Origin: an uncultured Candidatus Rokubacteria bacterium | Lineage (GTDB): Bacteria; Methylomirabilota; Methylomirabilia; Rokubacteriales; CSP1-6 | Reading direction: 5' to 3' | Length of the DNA: 64,000 nt | Assembly (NCBI GenBank): GCA_963754315.1 | Contig: CAVWFS010000006.1 | Span: 173,759-237,758 of the forward strand | Shown here: piece after piece, positions 23,112 to 33,726 of the stretch | Numbering within the stretch: position 1 is the first letter of the stretch | Layout of the letters: every line of letters starts with the position of its first letter | Notes under the pieces: model-generated | What the model was told of the DNA's origin: nothing | Seen by the model: only the letters and a program-made list of their open reading frames with translations | Databases searched by the model: none | Position numbers and translations under genes: made by a program

Positions 23112-26100
23112 CCCGCAAGCTCTGCCTGCGCCCGCTCCCACCAGAAGGGCATGTCCATCTCGCGATACATCGCGTTGGCGGCGCTGAGGTGCGTGCGCGC
23201 CTGCTCGGGCTGACCGGCGCGTCGAGAAAGCACACCGAGGCTCAGGTGACAATGTGCGATGAGCGGCCGCATCTCGAGCTCGGTGGCCAGTGCCATCGCC
23301 CGCGTCGCGTGTGTCGCCGCCTCTTCACGCAAAGGTGGATGCTGCGCTGCGACCTCGCCGAGTAAGTACACAGCCCATGCTTCGTTCCCTCGCTCTCCGT
23401 GCCGCTGGGCGAATTCGAGCGCCCGGGTGACGTTTCGCTCGGCCTGCTCCGGGCTGACCGCGAGCTGGGCTTCGCCGAGCTGAATGAGAACCATGGCGTG
23501 CCCGTACAGGATCCGATTGGCCTCGCCTTCGGAGACGGCGCGCTCGAGCAGGGTGAGCCCATCCCCCGGCCGCCCCCTCATCGTGTAGACCGTGCCGAGG
23601 CTCGCGAGCACCCGCGGGTGGTAGATGGGGAAGCGACTCCGTTCCGACAGCGCCGCTGCTCGTTGCAGGAACGGCAGCGCCGGCTCGAAGCAGCCTCGCG
23701 TGCAGTGAATGCGGCCAAGCGTGTAGTACGCCCAGATTTGGGCCTGAGGATCCGCCGCCTTGTCGGCCAGCTGGATCGCGGATTCGGCCCAGGTTACGGC
23801 CTGGCCGAACTGCCCGATCGAAGCCAGACAAAGCGCCAGCCACGTTCGCGTGCCGACCGGGGAAGCAAGGTACCCGGTCCGAACCGGGTGTTGGTCGGCG
23901 CCAGCTCGAGCGCCTCGACCGCGGCGCGCGCCCGCTCGATGCCCCGCTCATAGGCTCCGACCGCAAAGTACTCACGGGCCACACCCACGCTGGTCCAGAT
24001 CTGAAGCGCGGGGTCGGAGGCGCGGGCGGCCAGGGAAAGCGCACGCTCGCCTGCCTCGATCGAGCCATGGTGATCGGCCTCGGACCCGAGCAGATAGGCC
24101 AACCCGGTACACACACGAGCGACGCGGCGATCGTCGCCCAGGGCCGCGGCGAATTTCTCGGCGTCGCGATAGGCGGTCATGGCGCGATCGAGCAGCCCAG
24201 CAGCGTAGAGCGAGCGCGCGAGCTCGAAGTGCAGATCGGCAGCCTGCTCGCGGTGCTCGAGATCCTCGGGGAGCCGACGCAGGGCAGCCAGGGCCTGTTC
24301 GTAGGACGCCACGGCGTCCGGGTAGGCGATGCGCGTGGCCGCGGCCGTACCCGCGCGCCTGAAGAAGACCACCGCCTTGTCCCACAACTCAGCCCGCAAC
24401 GCGTGGTAGGCGAGCTTGTCGATGTGCTCGTCGAGACGATCTGCGTGGAGCCGTTCGATCGCGCCCACCACCCGCGCGTGCAGTGCGCGGCGGCGCTCGT
24501 GGAGGAGGCTGCCGTAGGCCACGTCGTGGGTGAGCGCATGCTTGAAGCTGTACTCAAGGTCCGGGAACAGCATCGTCTCGTACAGAAATTCCGCGCTCTG
24601 CAGGTGAATCAGCCCGCGGCGCATGTCCTCCGGACCCGTCTCGGCCAGGGCCGCCAGCACCCGGAAGGGCACGTCCTTGCCGATGACGGCCGCTGACTGG
24701 AGCAGGCGCTTGTCCTCCGGCGGGAGCAGGTCGATGCGCGCCGCCAGCACTGCCTGCACGGTGGGCGGGACCTGGATCTCATCGGTGGGCTTCGCCAACC
24801 TGTACGCACTTCGCCGACCTTCGAGCACTCCCGTCTCGACCAGGGCGCGGACGCTTTCTTCCAGGAAGAACGGGTTACCCTCGGTCCGGTCGATCAGCAA
24901 TGTCTTGAGCGGTACGAGGCTGGGGTCATCGCCCAACATGTCCTGCAAGAGCGCTTCCGACGTCTCCGGAGGCAACGGATCGAGGTGGAGCTGAGTGTAG
25001 TAGGTCTTGGTTCCCCACCCGTGCTGGTATTCCGGCCGGTAGTTGACGAGGAGCAGCACGTGGGCAGCCGGAAGGCTTTCGACCAAGCTGTCGAGCACGG
25101 CTTGAGCCTGGGTGTCGATCCAGTGCAGATCCTCGCAGACCACGATCACCGGCTGCACATGGCTTTCGCGCAGCAGGAGGCGCTTGACCGCGTCCAGGGA
25201 GCGCTGACGGCGACGCAGGGGATCCAGACCCTGCCACGCCGGATCCTCGACGGGGACGTCGAGGAGGGCGAGCAACGGCGCGAGCAGAGATTCAAGGGTC
25301 CGGTCGAGTGCGAGCAGCCTTCCGATGACCTTCTCCCGCGTCTTGCGCGCGTCGTCGGCCGTCTCGAGCTGGAAGTAGGCGCGGAGGAGGTCGAGGATCG
25401 GCAGGTAGGGGGTGGCCTTGCCGTAGGAGACGGCGCCGCTCTGCAGAACGAGGCAGCCCTGTGGGTAGTGAGAGTGCGTGAACTCCCAGATGAGCCTGGA
25501 CTTTCCAACGCCGGCTTCGCCCACCGGCGCCACCACTTGGCCATGTCCGGCGCGGGCTTGCTCGAGAGCGCGCGCGAGCACCTCGAGCTCCATCTGGCGG
25601 CCCACAAAGCGAGTGAGCCCGCGCAGAGCCGATGCCTCGAAGCGACGACGTGCCAGACCGCCCCCGGTCAGCTCGAACACCTCGACGGGGCCGGCCAGGC
25701 CTTTGATGGGGACCAGCCCCAGTGACTTCGCCTGTACATAGCCCTCGGCCAGGCGCAGCGTGTCCGCGGCCAGCAAGCTCGCGCCGGGACGAGCAAGCTG
25801 TTCTAAGCGTGCCGCCAGGTGTGTCGTCTGGCCCACGGCCGTGTAGTCCATGCGCAGGTCGCCGCCAATGGAGCCCACCACGACCTCGCCGGAATTGAGA
25901 CCGATGCGAATCTGGACGTCGATGCCGCGCGTGCGGCGAAGCTCGGCGGCGTGGTGACCGACCGCTTCCTGCATGCGGAGGGCGGCATAACAGGCGCGAA
26001 TGGCGTGGTCCTCGTGGGCGAGGGGCGCCCCGAAGAGCGACATGATGCCGTCGCCCATCACCTGGTTGACCGTGCCTTCGTAGCGGTGGACCGCTTCCAT

Positions 26101-26469
26101 CATCAGCTCGAGCACCGGCTCGAGGATCGTGTGCGCCTCCTCCGGATCACGGTCGGCAAGCATCTCCATCGAGCCCTTCATGTCCGCGAAGAGAATCGTC
26201 ACCTGCTTGCGTTCACCCTCCAGGGCATCCTTGAGGGTGAGGATACGTTCGGCCAGGTGCCGGGGCGTATAGGACTCCGGGGAGGCGAACTTCCCGCCAG
26301 CGTGAGGCGCAGGATCGGCTCCGACCGGGCGGCCGCACTCGTTGCAGAACTTGGCGCCGTCCGGAAGCTTGCTGGTGCACCCGGCGCAGACGAGGCTCAG
26401 CTTCGTGCCGCACTCGAGGCAAAATTTTGCCCCGGATCGGTTCTCGCGTCGGCACCGCGGACACTGCAT
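23069..26469 (-). CDS. Double zinc ribbon / class III adenylate-guanylate cyclase / AAA ATPase / TPR protein (frameshifts near 23860 and 23640)
   Basis: CPRC..FCLECG, ERKQVTILFADMKGS, GDGIM, GEAGVGKSRL, EDLHWID, GNPFFLEE, FKHALTHDVAY, C-terminal TPRs. Confidence 0.92.
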
Positions 26470-26515
26470 CGCTGGGGTCCCCGTCGACAATTCTACCTGT
26501 CTTCGATCGTCGACA

Positions 26516-26545
26516 TTGACCCGCTTTGCGCGGCACCCCTAGAAT
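26516..26545 (+). promoter_or_regulatory. Putative sigma-70 promoter of recA
   Basis: TTGACC-N18-TAGAAT about 50 nt upstream of the recA ATG. Confidence 0.55.
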
Positions 26546-26594
26546 GGCGTCGACCTCCGATAGCAGTGAGGGCCATCGAGCGAAGGAGACGAGC

Positions 26595-27611
26595 ATGGCG
26601 GAGACCAAGAACGATCGACGACAGGCGCTGGACCTCGCGATTGCCCAGATCGAGCGGCAATTCGGCAAGGGCTCGGTCATGCGCCTTGGGGCTGGGGGGG
26701 CGCTGGAGGAGGTTGCGGTCATCCCGACAGGCGCGCTCTCTCTCGACGCCGCATTGGGCGTGGGCGGCCTCCCACGCGGGCGCGTGTGCGAGATCTACGG
26801 GCCGGAATCCTCGGGCAAGACCACCCTGGCCCTGCACGTGGTCGCGGAAGCCCAGCGTCTTGGGGGCATCGCCGCCTTCATCGATGCCGAGCACGCGCTC
26901 GATCCTATCTACGCCAAGAAGCTCGGCGTCAACACCGACGAGCTGCTGATCTCCCAGCCCGACACGGGCGAGCAGGCGCTGGAGATCACCGAGACCCTGG
27001 TGCGCTCGAATGCGGTCGACGTCATCGTGATCGACTCGGTAGCGGCCCTCGTGCCCCGTGCGGAACTCGACGGCGACATGGGCGACTCCCTGCCGGGTCT
27101 GCAGGCGCGCCTCATGTCGCAGGCGCTGCGCAAGCTGACGGCCGCCATCTCCCGCTCGGGGGCCGTGGTGATCTTCATCAACCAAATCCGCGAGAAGATC
27201 GGGGTTATGTTTGGATCGCCAGAAACGACGCCGGGCGGGCGCGCCCTCAAGTTCTACTCGTCGGTCCGGCTGGACATCCGGCGGATGGACGCCATCAAGC
27301 AGGGGACCGAGTCGGTGGGAGTGCACACCAAGGTCAAGGTGGTGAAGAACAAGCTGGCCCCGCCCTTCCGCGAGGCGGAGTTCGACGTGATCTACGGGGA
27401 GGGTATTTCCAAGGCGGGCACCGTTCTCGATGCGGGGGTGGAACAGGGGCTCGTGGAGAAATCCGGCACCTGGTACACCTACAAGAACGACCGCATCGGC
27501 CAGGGGCGGGAAAACGCGAAGAAGTGGTTGCAGGAGAATGCAGGGGCCCTGTCCGAGCTGGAAGCAAAGGTTCGCGATGCGCTCGGACTGCGCCCGGCGG
27601 TGGCCAAGTAA
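26595..27611 (+). CDS. recA: Recombinase A
   Basis: [49 protein letters not shown]. Confidence 0.98.
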   Translation: MAETKNDRRQALDLAIAQIERQFGKGSVMRLGAGGALEEVAVIPTGALSLDAALGVGGLPRGRVCEIYGPESSGKTTLALHVVAEAQRLGGIAAFIDAEHALDPIYAKKLGVNTDELLISQPDTGEQALEITETLVRSNAVDVIVIDSVAALVPRAELDGDMGDSLPGLQARLMSQALRKLTAAISRSGAVVIFINQIREKIGVMFGSPETTPGGRALKFYSSVRLDIRRMDAIKQGTESVGVHTKVKVVKNKLAPPFREAEFDVIYGEGISKAGTVLDAGVEQGLVEKSGTWYTYKNDRIGQGRENAKKWLQENAGALSELEAKVRDALGLRPAVAK

Positions 27612-27644
27612 GCAACATGAGAGGCCCCGACGGAGCTCGGCTCG

Positions 27645-28175
27645 ATGACACCGGGCGCCCGAACTGGTTGCCTCGAACCGATCCACCATCGTAGATCGTA
27701 AGCAACTCGACGCTCGGGGCGCTCGGCTCGCCGCGGCTGATCTGCTTTCGCGGCGCGCGTGGACGCGCAGCGAGCTCTCGACGCGGCTCCGCCGCCGCGG
27801 CGCCCCCCCGAAGTTGCCGCGGAGGTGGTGGCCGACCTTACCGCGCGTGGTGATCTGGACGACGCTCGATTCGCTCGCCAGTGGATCGAGACGCGGTCGG
27901 CGCGCGGCTACGGACCGGCCCGTCTCGCAGCTGAATTGCGAGCGCGGGGTGTATCCGTGACGCTGGTGCGTGCCGCCCTCGCCAGCCGAGATCCTGACAC
28001 CGAGCTCGAGCGGGCGCGCGAGGCGGCAGGCCGCCGCCTTCCGTCGCTCCGCCGTGTTCAGGCTGACCGCGCCGCCGCTCGTCTGCGCGATCATCTGCTG
28101 CGACGTGGCTTCGAGGCGGCCCTGGTCGCCCAGGTGGTCCGGGAACTGCTCGGCGCGGTTGCGCACGACGCGTGA
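27645..28175 (+). CDS. recX: Regulatory protein RecX (frameshift in C-run near 27805; start uncertain)
   Basis: LLSRRAWTRSELSTRLRRRG in upstream frame, then LDDARFA, GPARLAAELRARGV, LLRRGF; follows recA. Confidence 0.85.
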
Positions 28176-28717
28176 TGGAGCTGACCTTGCCGCGCCTGCG
28201 CATCCGCGAGTGGCGACTCCCGGACTGGCACGCTGCCCACGAGTACGCATCGGATCCCGACGTGGTGCGCTACCTTGACTGGGGCCCGAATACCGAGATG
28301 GAGACGCGCGCCTTCATCCGGGAGACGATGCACACGCGCCGGAAGCGACCCCGGACACGGTTCGATCTGGCGGTGGCGCTGCGGAGTACCGATCGGGTCA
28401 TCGGCGGCGCCCGGGTCTGGATCGAATGGACCCAGCATCGTGAAGGCTCGATCGGATACACCTTGGCCCAGGCCAACTGGGGCCAGGGGTACGCCACCGA
28501 AGTGGCGGCGGGCCTGCTACGCTTCGGGTTCGAGACACTCAGCCTGCATCGTATCCACGCCATCGTGGAGCCCGAGAACGTCGCCTCCACGCGGGTGCTG
28601 GAAAAGGTGGGGATGCGACGCGAGGGACATCTGCGCGACCATCGGTACGCCAAGGGGCGCTGGCGCGACTCGCTGCTCTACGCCATCCTGGAGGGCGAAA
28701 CCCGGATGCTACAATGA
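28172..28717 (+). CDS. GNAT acetyltransferase (RimJ/RimL family)
   Basis: IGY..WGQGYATE, NVASTRVLEKVGMRREG. Confidence 0.9.
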   Translation: MMELTLPRLRIREWRLPDWHAAHEYASDPDVVRYLDWGPNTEMETRAFIRETMHTRRKRPRTRFDLAVALRSTDRVIGGARVWIEWTQHREGSIGYTLAQANWGQGYATEVAAGLLRFGFETLSLHRIHAIVEPENVASTRVLEKVGMRREGHLRDHRYAKGRWRDSLLYAILEGETRMLQ

Positions 28718-28724
28718 CTCTCAC

Positions 28725-31409
28725 ATGACCGGCCACGCCCTCCGTGAGGCTTTCCTGCAGTACTTCGAGCGCCAAGGGCACACCCGTGTCCCGTCGTCGC
28801 CCCTGGTGCCGGCGGGTGACCAGACCCTCCTCTTCACGAACGCGGGCATGGTGCAGTTCAAGGGGGTCTTCCTCGGTGAGGAGCGCCGCGACTACGTCCG
28901 GGCCACGACCAGTCAGAAATGCGTACGGGCCGGGGGCAAGCACAACGATCTCGAGAACGTGGGGCGGACGGCGCGCCATCACACCTTCTTCGAGATGCTC
29001 GGCAACTTTTCCTTCGGCGACTACTTCAAGGCCGACGCCATCGCCTTTGCCTGGGAGTTCCTCACCAAGGATCTCGCCCTGGATCGCGCGCGTCTGAAGG
29101 CCACCGTGTTCACCGAAGACAACGACGCCTTCGATCTCTGGCGGCGAGTGGCAGGGCTCTCCGACGAGCGCATCCTGCGCCTCGGTGAGAAAGACAATTT
29201 CTGGGCCATGGGTGACACCGGGCCTTGTGGTCCCTGCTCCGAAGTCCATTTCCACCAGGGCGACGACTTGCCCTGCGCAGAGGAGGCGGCCGGCCGACCG
29301 TGCCTGGGGCCCGCCTGCGACTGCGATCGCTGGCTCGAGATCTGGAACCTGGTCTTCATGCAGTTCAACCGGGACCTTAGCGGGGCCATGACCCCACTGC
29401 CGCGGCCGTCGATCGACACCGGCATGGGGCTCGAGCGGATCGCCGCCGTCGTCCAGGGCAAGCGCGCCAGCTTCGACACCGATCTGCTGGCACCGCTCCT
29501 CACGCGCATCTCGCGACTCGTCGGGACGCCGTACGGGACACGCGAGGACGACGACGTGTCCATGCGCGTCATCGCGGACCACGCACGGACGACGGCCTTT
29601 CTGATCGGCGATGGCGTGGTCCCGTCCAACGAGTGGCGCGGCTATGTGCTCCGCCGCATCATGCGGCGCGCCATGCGTCATGGGCGAATGCTCGGTCTCA
29701 CCGAGCCGTTCCTGTGGCGGTCGGTTGCCTGGGTTGGAGAGGTCATGGGGAGGGCCTATCCGGAGCTGGTGGCCGACCAGACGCGGATCGAGGAGATCGT
29801 CCGCCAAGAGGAGGAGCGGTTCGCGGAGACGCTGGACAACGGCTTGCGCCGCATCGAAGAGTGGGTGCGCGGACAGGGCCGCGCCCAACAGGAGCCGCGG
29901 GCAGTTGACGGACGGTTCCTCTTCACCTTGTACGACACGTATGGGTTTCCGCGCGATCTGGCTGAGGAGATCCTGCGTGACCGAGGCTTTCTCGTCACGA
30001 CCGCGACGGAGCAGGCCTGGGACGAGGAGATGGGGGCGCAGCGCGAGCGGGCGCGCGCCGGGGCCGCCTTCGGGATCGACGACCATGACCGCGAGGGCGG
30101 GGGAGTCTTCCAGCGCCTTGCCGACGAGCTGCCACCCGTGACGTTCGTGGGCTACGAGACGCTGACCTCGCCTGCACGGATCCTGGCCATGGTGGCCGGA
30201 GTCGATCGAGTCCGCGAGACGGCGGCCGGGGCCGAAGTCGAGGTCATTCTCGATCGTACCCCCGCCTACGCCGAGTCGGGGGGCCAAGTCGGAGACACCG
30301 GAACCATCGTCGGTCGCGAGGGACGCGGCGAGATCGTCGATACCTACTACCGGGGGCCGAAACTCATCGTGCATCGGGTGCGCGTTCGCGCCGGCGGGTT
30401 CCGGGAGGGCGAGGAGGTGGCGGTCAGCATCGAGTCGCCTCGCCGGCTGGGTCTGCGCCAGCATCACACCGGGACCCATCTCCTGCACGCGGCCCTCCGC
30501 CGCGTCCTCGGGTCCCACGTGGCGCAGGCCGGCTCGCTGGTGGCGCCCGATCACTTGCGTTTCGACTTCTCGCACGGCAGCGGCGTCAAGATGAGCGAGG
30601 TCGAGCAGGTCTCGGACCTGGTCAACGAGCAGGTTCAGGCCAACGTCCCGGTCACCCATCAGGAAATGACGCTCAAGGAGGCGCTGGCTTCGGGCGCCAT
30701 GGCCCTGTTCGGTGAGAAGTACGGGGACCGCGTGCGCGTGGTGAAAATCGGCGACTTTTCCACGGAGCTGTGTGGCGGTACTCACCTCGAGCAGACAGGG
30801 CAGCTTGGGTTTTTCAAGGTGACCGAAGAGGGTGCGGTAGCGGCCGGCGTGCGTCGTTTGGAGGCGGTGGCGGGCACGGCCGCGGCCGAAGTGGTGGCTC
30901 GCCAGGACCGCGTCCTGCGCGAGATCGGGGACGTTCTGAAGGTAGCTCCGGTCGAAGCGCCGGCGCGCCTGCGCAAGCTACTCGACGAGCAGCGCCTCCT
31001 GGAGAAGCAGATCCAGGCGCTCGAGGGCCGGCTGGCGCGGGCCAAGGTCGACGACCTCATCGCCGGTGCGCGCACGATCAACGGTGTGGCCGTGGTGGCG
31101 GGGCGTCTGGATGGTCTCGACACCGATACCCTGCGGGGCGTGGTCGACACAGTGCGTGACCGGCTTGGTTCGGGTGTGGTCTGCGTGGGAAGCACCGCGG
31201 ACGGCAAGGTGAACATCGTCGCCGCCGTCACCAAAGATCTCACCAAGCGCTTACAGGCGGGCAAGATCGTCCAGGAAGTGGCCAAGGTCGTGGACGGCGG
31301 TGGGGGCGGCCGACCGGACCTCGCTCAGGCTGGCGGCAAGGATCCCACGAAGCTCGACCAGGCCCTGGACCTCGTCTACCAGATCGTCGGTCGAGCTGCC
31401 GCGTCCTGA
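28725..31409 (+). CDS. alaS: Alanine--tRNA ligase
   Basis: LLFTNAGMVQFK, HHTFFEMLGNFSFGDYFK, DTGMGLER, HTGTHLLH, ELCGGTH, GGGRPDLAQAGG. Confidence 0.98.
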   Translation: MTGHALREAFLQYFERQGHTRVPSSPLVPAGDQTLLFTNAGMVQFKGVFLGEERRDYVRATTSQKCVRAGGKHNDLENVGRTARHHTFFEMLGNFSFGDYFKADAIAFAWEFLTKDLALDRARLKATVFTEDNDAFDLWRRVAGLSDERILRLGEKDNFWAMGDTGPCGPCSEVHFHQGDDLPCAEEAAGRPCLGPACDCDRWLEIWNLVFMQFNRDLSGAMTPLPRPSIDTGMGLERIAAVVQGKRASFDTDLLAPLLTRISRLVGTPYGTREDDDVSMRVIADHARTTAFLIGDGVVPSNEWRGYVLRRIMRRAMRHGRMLGLTEPFLWRSVAWVGEVMGRAYPELVADQTRIEEIVRQEEERFAETLDNGLRRIEEWVRGQGRAQQEPRAVDGRFLFTLYDTYGFPRDLAEEILRDRGFLVTTATEQAWDEEMGAQRERARAGAAFGIDDHDREGGGVFQRLADELPPVTFVGYETLTSPARILAMVAGVDRVRETAAGAEVEVILDRTPAYAESGGQVGDTGTIVGREGRGEIVDTYYRGPKLIVHRVRVRAGGFREGEEVAVSIESPRRLGLRQHHTGTHLLHAALRRVLGSHVAQAGSLVAPDHLRFDFSHGSGVKMSEVEQVSDLVNEQVQANVPVTHQEMTLKEALASGAMALFGEKYGDRVRVVKIGDFSTELCGGTHLEQTGQLGFFKVTEEGAVAAGVRRLEAVAGTAAAEVVARQDRVLREIGDVLKVAPVEAPARLRKLLDEQRLLEKQIQALEGRLARAKVDDLIAGARTINGVAVVAGRLDGLDTDTLRGVVDTVRDRLGSGVVCVGSTADGKVNIVAAVTKDLTKRLQAGKIVQEVAKVVDGGGGGRPDLAQAGGKDPTKLDQALDLVYQIVGRAAAS

Positions 31410-31419
31410 GTCGGCGTCC

Positions 31420-32556
31420 GTGACGTCGAGCATCGACAAGATCTGCCCGGCCACCCTATCGCTGTTGACGCGGGCCGACCCGGATGCGGCGGCCATCCTT
31501 CACTTGCTCGAGTTCGACGACGGCTGGCTTCGCCTCCATGCGGCCAGCGGGTTCCTGAAGCTCGAAGAGCTGCGCGAGCAGGTGCCCCTCAGCGAGACTC
31601 CGTTCGCCTCATTCTTCTCGGGAGTGGCCTCCGTGCGCACGCTCGCGCCGCAGGCTGGCCATGCCTTGTTCCGATCACCGGACGCCGCCGCGGCGATCCG
31701 CTACCTCGCCGGCGCACCAGTGGGCGGGGAAGACGGTGTCAGGGGGGTGCTCATACTGGCGCGGCGCACTGATCAGACACCTGATCACACCCAGCAGACC
31801 CTGCTGGAGGCGGTGGCCGCTCTTCTTGGAGCCGGGCTGGAGCGGGCGCGCCTGGCGGATCTGCTCGAACGCGCAAGAGGACAACTCATGGACGTCACCC
31901 GCCTCGCTGCCGTCGGCGAGCTCGTGCCCGGCGTCACCCATGAGGTGAACAATCCGCTCACGACCGTGCTGGGACACACGCAGCTACTCCTGATGCGGCC
32001 GGACCTTGCTGAGCACCTCCGCCAGCGGCTGGAGCTGGTGGCCAGCGAGGGGACCCGGGCGGCGCGCCTGGTCCAGAACCTCCTTGCCTTCTCTCGGCCC
32101 CGGCCTTCGGAGCGCCGGTCGTGCTCGCTGGCCGACCAGGCTCGACGCGTCCTCGAGCTGAAGGCCCACCAGCTGTACTACGACAGCGTTCGGGTGGTGA
32201 CCGAGTTCGGGGACAGCCCAGCCGTGCACGCCGACGAGCGTGAGATGCAGCACGCCCTGCTGGCGCTCGTCCAGCGTGCGCACGAGGCCATGCGGGAACG
32301 GTCGGGGGAGCGTGTGCTGATCCTGCGCACGGGGGCGGGGGACGGCCAGGCCTGGGTAGACGTGCTCGACACAGGGCCCGTCGTTGTTCCCGAGCTTCTT
32401 GGCCGGCTCGCCGATCCACTGGCAGCCTGCGCCGTTCGAGCGTCCGGACTGGCGCTCGCCCATCGCATAGTCTCTGACCACGGCGGCCGGCTCCAGGCTA
32501 GTCCTCGGCCCGAAGGCGGTATGACATTCTCTATCGTGCTCCCCGCCGGGAGGTAA
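31420..32556 (+). CDS. GAF + HisKA + degenerate HATPase sensor-kinase-like protein
   Basis: GAF-like N-terminus, GVTHEVNNPL H-box; N, G1 and G2 boxes altered. Confidence 0.8.
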   Translation: MTSSIDKICPATLSLLTRADPDAAAILHLLEFDDGWLRLHAASGFLKLEELREQVPLSETPFASFFSGVASVRTLAPQAGHALFRSPDAAAAIRYLAGAPVGGEDGVRGVLILARRTDQTPDHTQQTLLEAVAALLGAGLERARLADLLERARGQLMDVTRLAAVGELVPGVTHEVNNPLTTVLGHTQLLLMRPDLAEHLRQRLELVASEGTRAARLVQNLLAFSRPRPSERRSCSLADQARRVLELKAHQLYYDSVRVVTEFGDSPAVHADEREMQHALLALVQRAHEAMRERSGERVLILRTGAGDGQAWVDVLDTGPVVVPELLGRLADPLAACAVRASGLALAHRIVSDHGGRLQASPRPEGGMTFSIVLPAGR

Positions 32557-33599
32557 TGCGCCCCAGACAGCTCGCCCTGCTCGCCGTGACCGTGGTCATT
32601 CTCTCGGGCGGGTGTTCCGGTGCCGGCGGGCCCAAGCCCGACGCTCCCCCACATCACCGCGAGGGCGGCTTTGCGAACCAGAATCCTGGATACGTCAGGG
32701 CCGGCTTCTGGACACGCTGGTCGTTTTTTGCCTCGCGCGTTGTGGCCTCGACCTTCGCTCCGCGCCGGGCAAGCTTCCCGGTTGAAGCCAATGCCGTCAC
32801 CGCGCTCACCGCGAACCCGGGGGAGCCGACGGTGACCTGGGTCGGCCACTCAACCCTTCTCGTGCGGCTCGACGGCGTCAACCTTCTGACTGATCCTCAG
32901 TGGTCGGAACGGGCCAGTCCGGTCGGCTTCGCCGGCCCCAGACGCCTGGTGCCTCCCGGCATCCCCTTCGAGGCGCTGCCGCCAATCCACATCGTCGTCA
33001 TCTCGCACGACCACTTCGATCACCTCGATCGGCCCACCGTCCAGCGGTTGGCGGCCACGCACCGGCCGCGCTTCTTCGTGCCACTGGGGATGAAGGCGTG
33101 GTTTCTCGAGAACGGGATCACCCAGGTGGACGAGCTCGACTGGTGGGAGAGCCGCGTGGAGCGTGGCCTGACCGTCACCTGCTTGCCGGTCCAGCACTGG
33201 AGCCAGCGCACCCCGTGGGACCTCAACCGTCGGCTGTGGGCCGGCTGGGCGGTAGCTGGCCAGAGTCGACGCTTCTTCTTCGCGGGCGATACCGCCTACT
33301 ACGAGGGCTTCAAGGAGATCGGCGCGCGGCTCGGCCCCTTCGACCTCGCGGCGGTGGCCATCGGCGCGTATCTCCCCCAGCGCGTGATGAAGTCAAGCCA
33401 CACGACGCCGGAGGAATCGCTGCGTATCTTCGCCGACGTGAGAGGAACACGCTTCGTGGCCATCCATTGGGGCACGTTCGACCTCGGTGACGAGCCGGTC
33501 GACGAACCTCCGCGGCGGCTCATGGCGGCGGCCCATGGACTCGGGCTGAACGGCGACACGATCTGGGTGCTGAGGCACGGCGAGACGCGGCGCTGGTAG
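32556..33599 (+). CDS. MBL-fold hydrolase, NAPE-PLD/RomA-like, probable lipoprotein
   Basis: TWVGHST, SHDHFDHLD, FFAGDT, IHWGTF; lipobox-like SGGC. Confidence 0.9.
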   Translation: MRPRQLALLAVTVVILSGGCSGAGGPKPDAPPHHREGGFANQNPGYVRAGFWTRWSFFASRVVASTFAPRRASFPVEANAVTALTANPGEPTVTWVGHSTLLVRLDGVNLLTDPQWSERASPVGFAGPRRLVPPGIPFEALPPIHIVVISHDHFDHLDRPTVQRLAATHRPRFFVPLGMKAWFLENGITQVDELDWWESRVERGLTVTCLPVQHWSQRTPWDLNRRLWAGWAVAGQSRRFFFAGDTAYYEGFKEIGARLGPFDLAAVAIGAYLPQRVMKSSHTTPEESLRIFADVRGTRFVAIHWGTFDLGDEPVDEPPRRLMAAAHGLGLNGDTIWVLRHGETRRW

Positions 33600-33726
33600 C
33601 GGACCGCGCCCCGAGGTAGGCCCGAGCGTCACGAGCGGCGTGCGAGCCCGACGACCGGGAGGCCGAGGGAGACGACGAGGCAGCGCCGCTCACGAGGGCA
33701 ATCCAGCGCAGGGTCCGTTTGGTCGG

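Noticed and set aside
4991..30785. Long antisense ORFs (4991-7450, 8602-10185, 17890-19353, 28539-30785)
   Set aside because: Shadow frames of GC-rich genes glnE, polA, the ABC binding protein and alaS; no recognisable motifs
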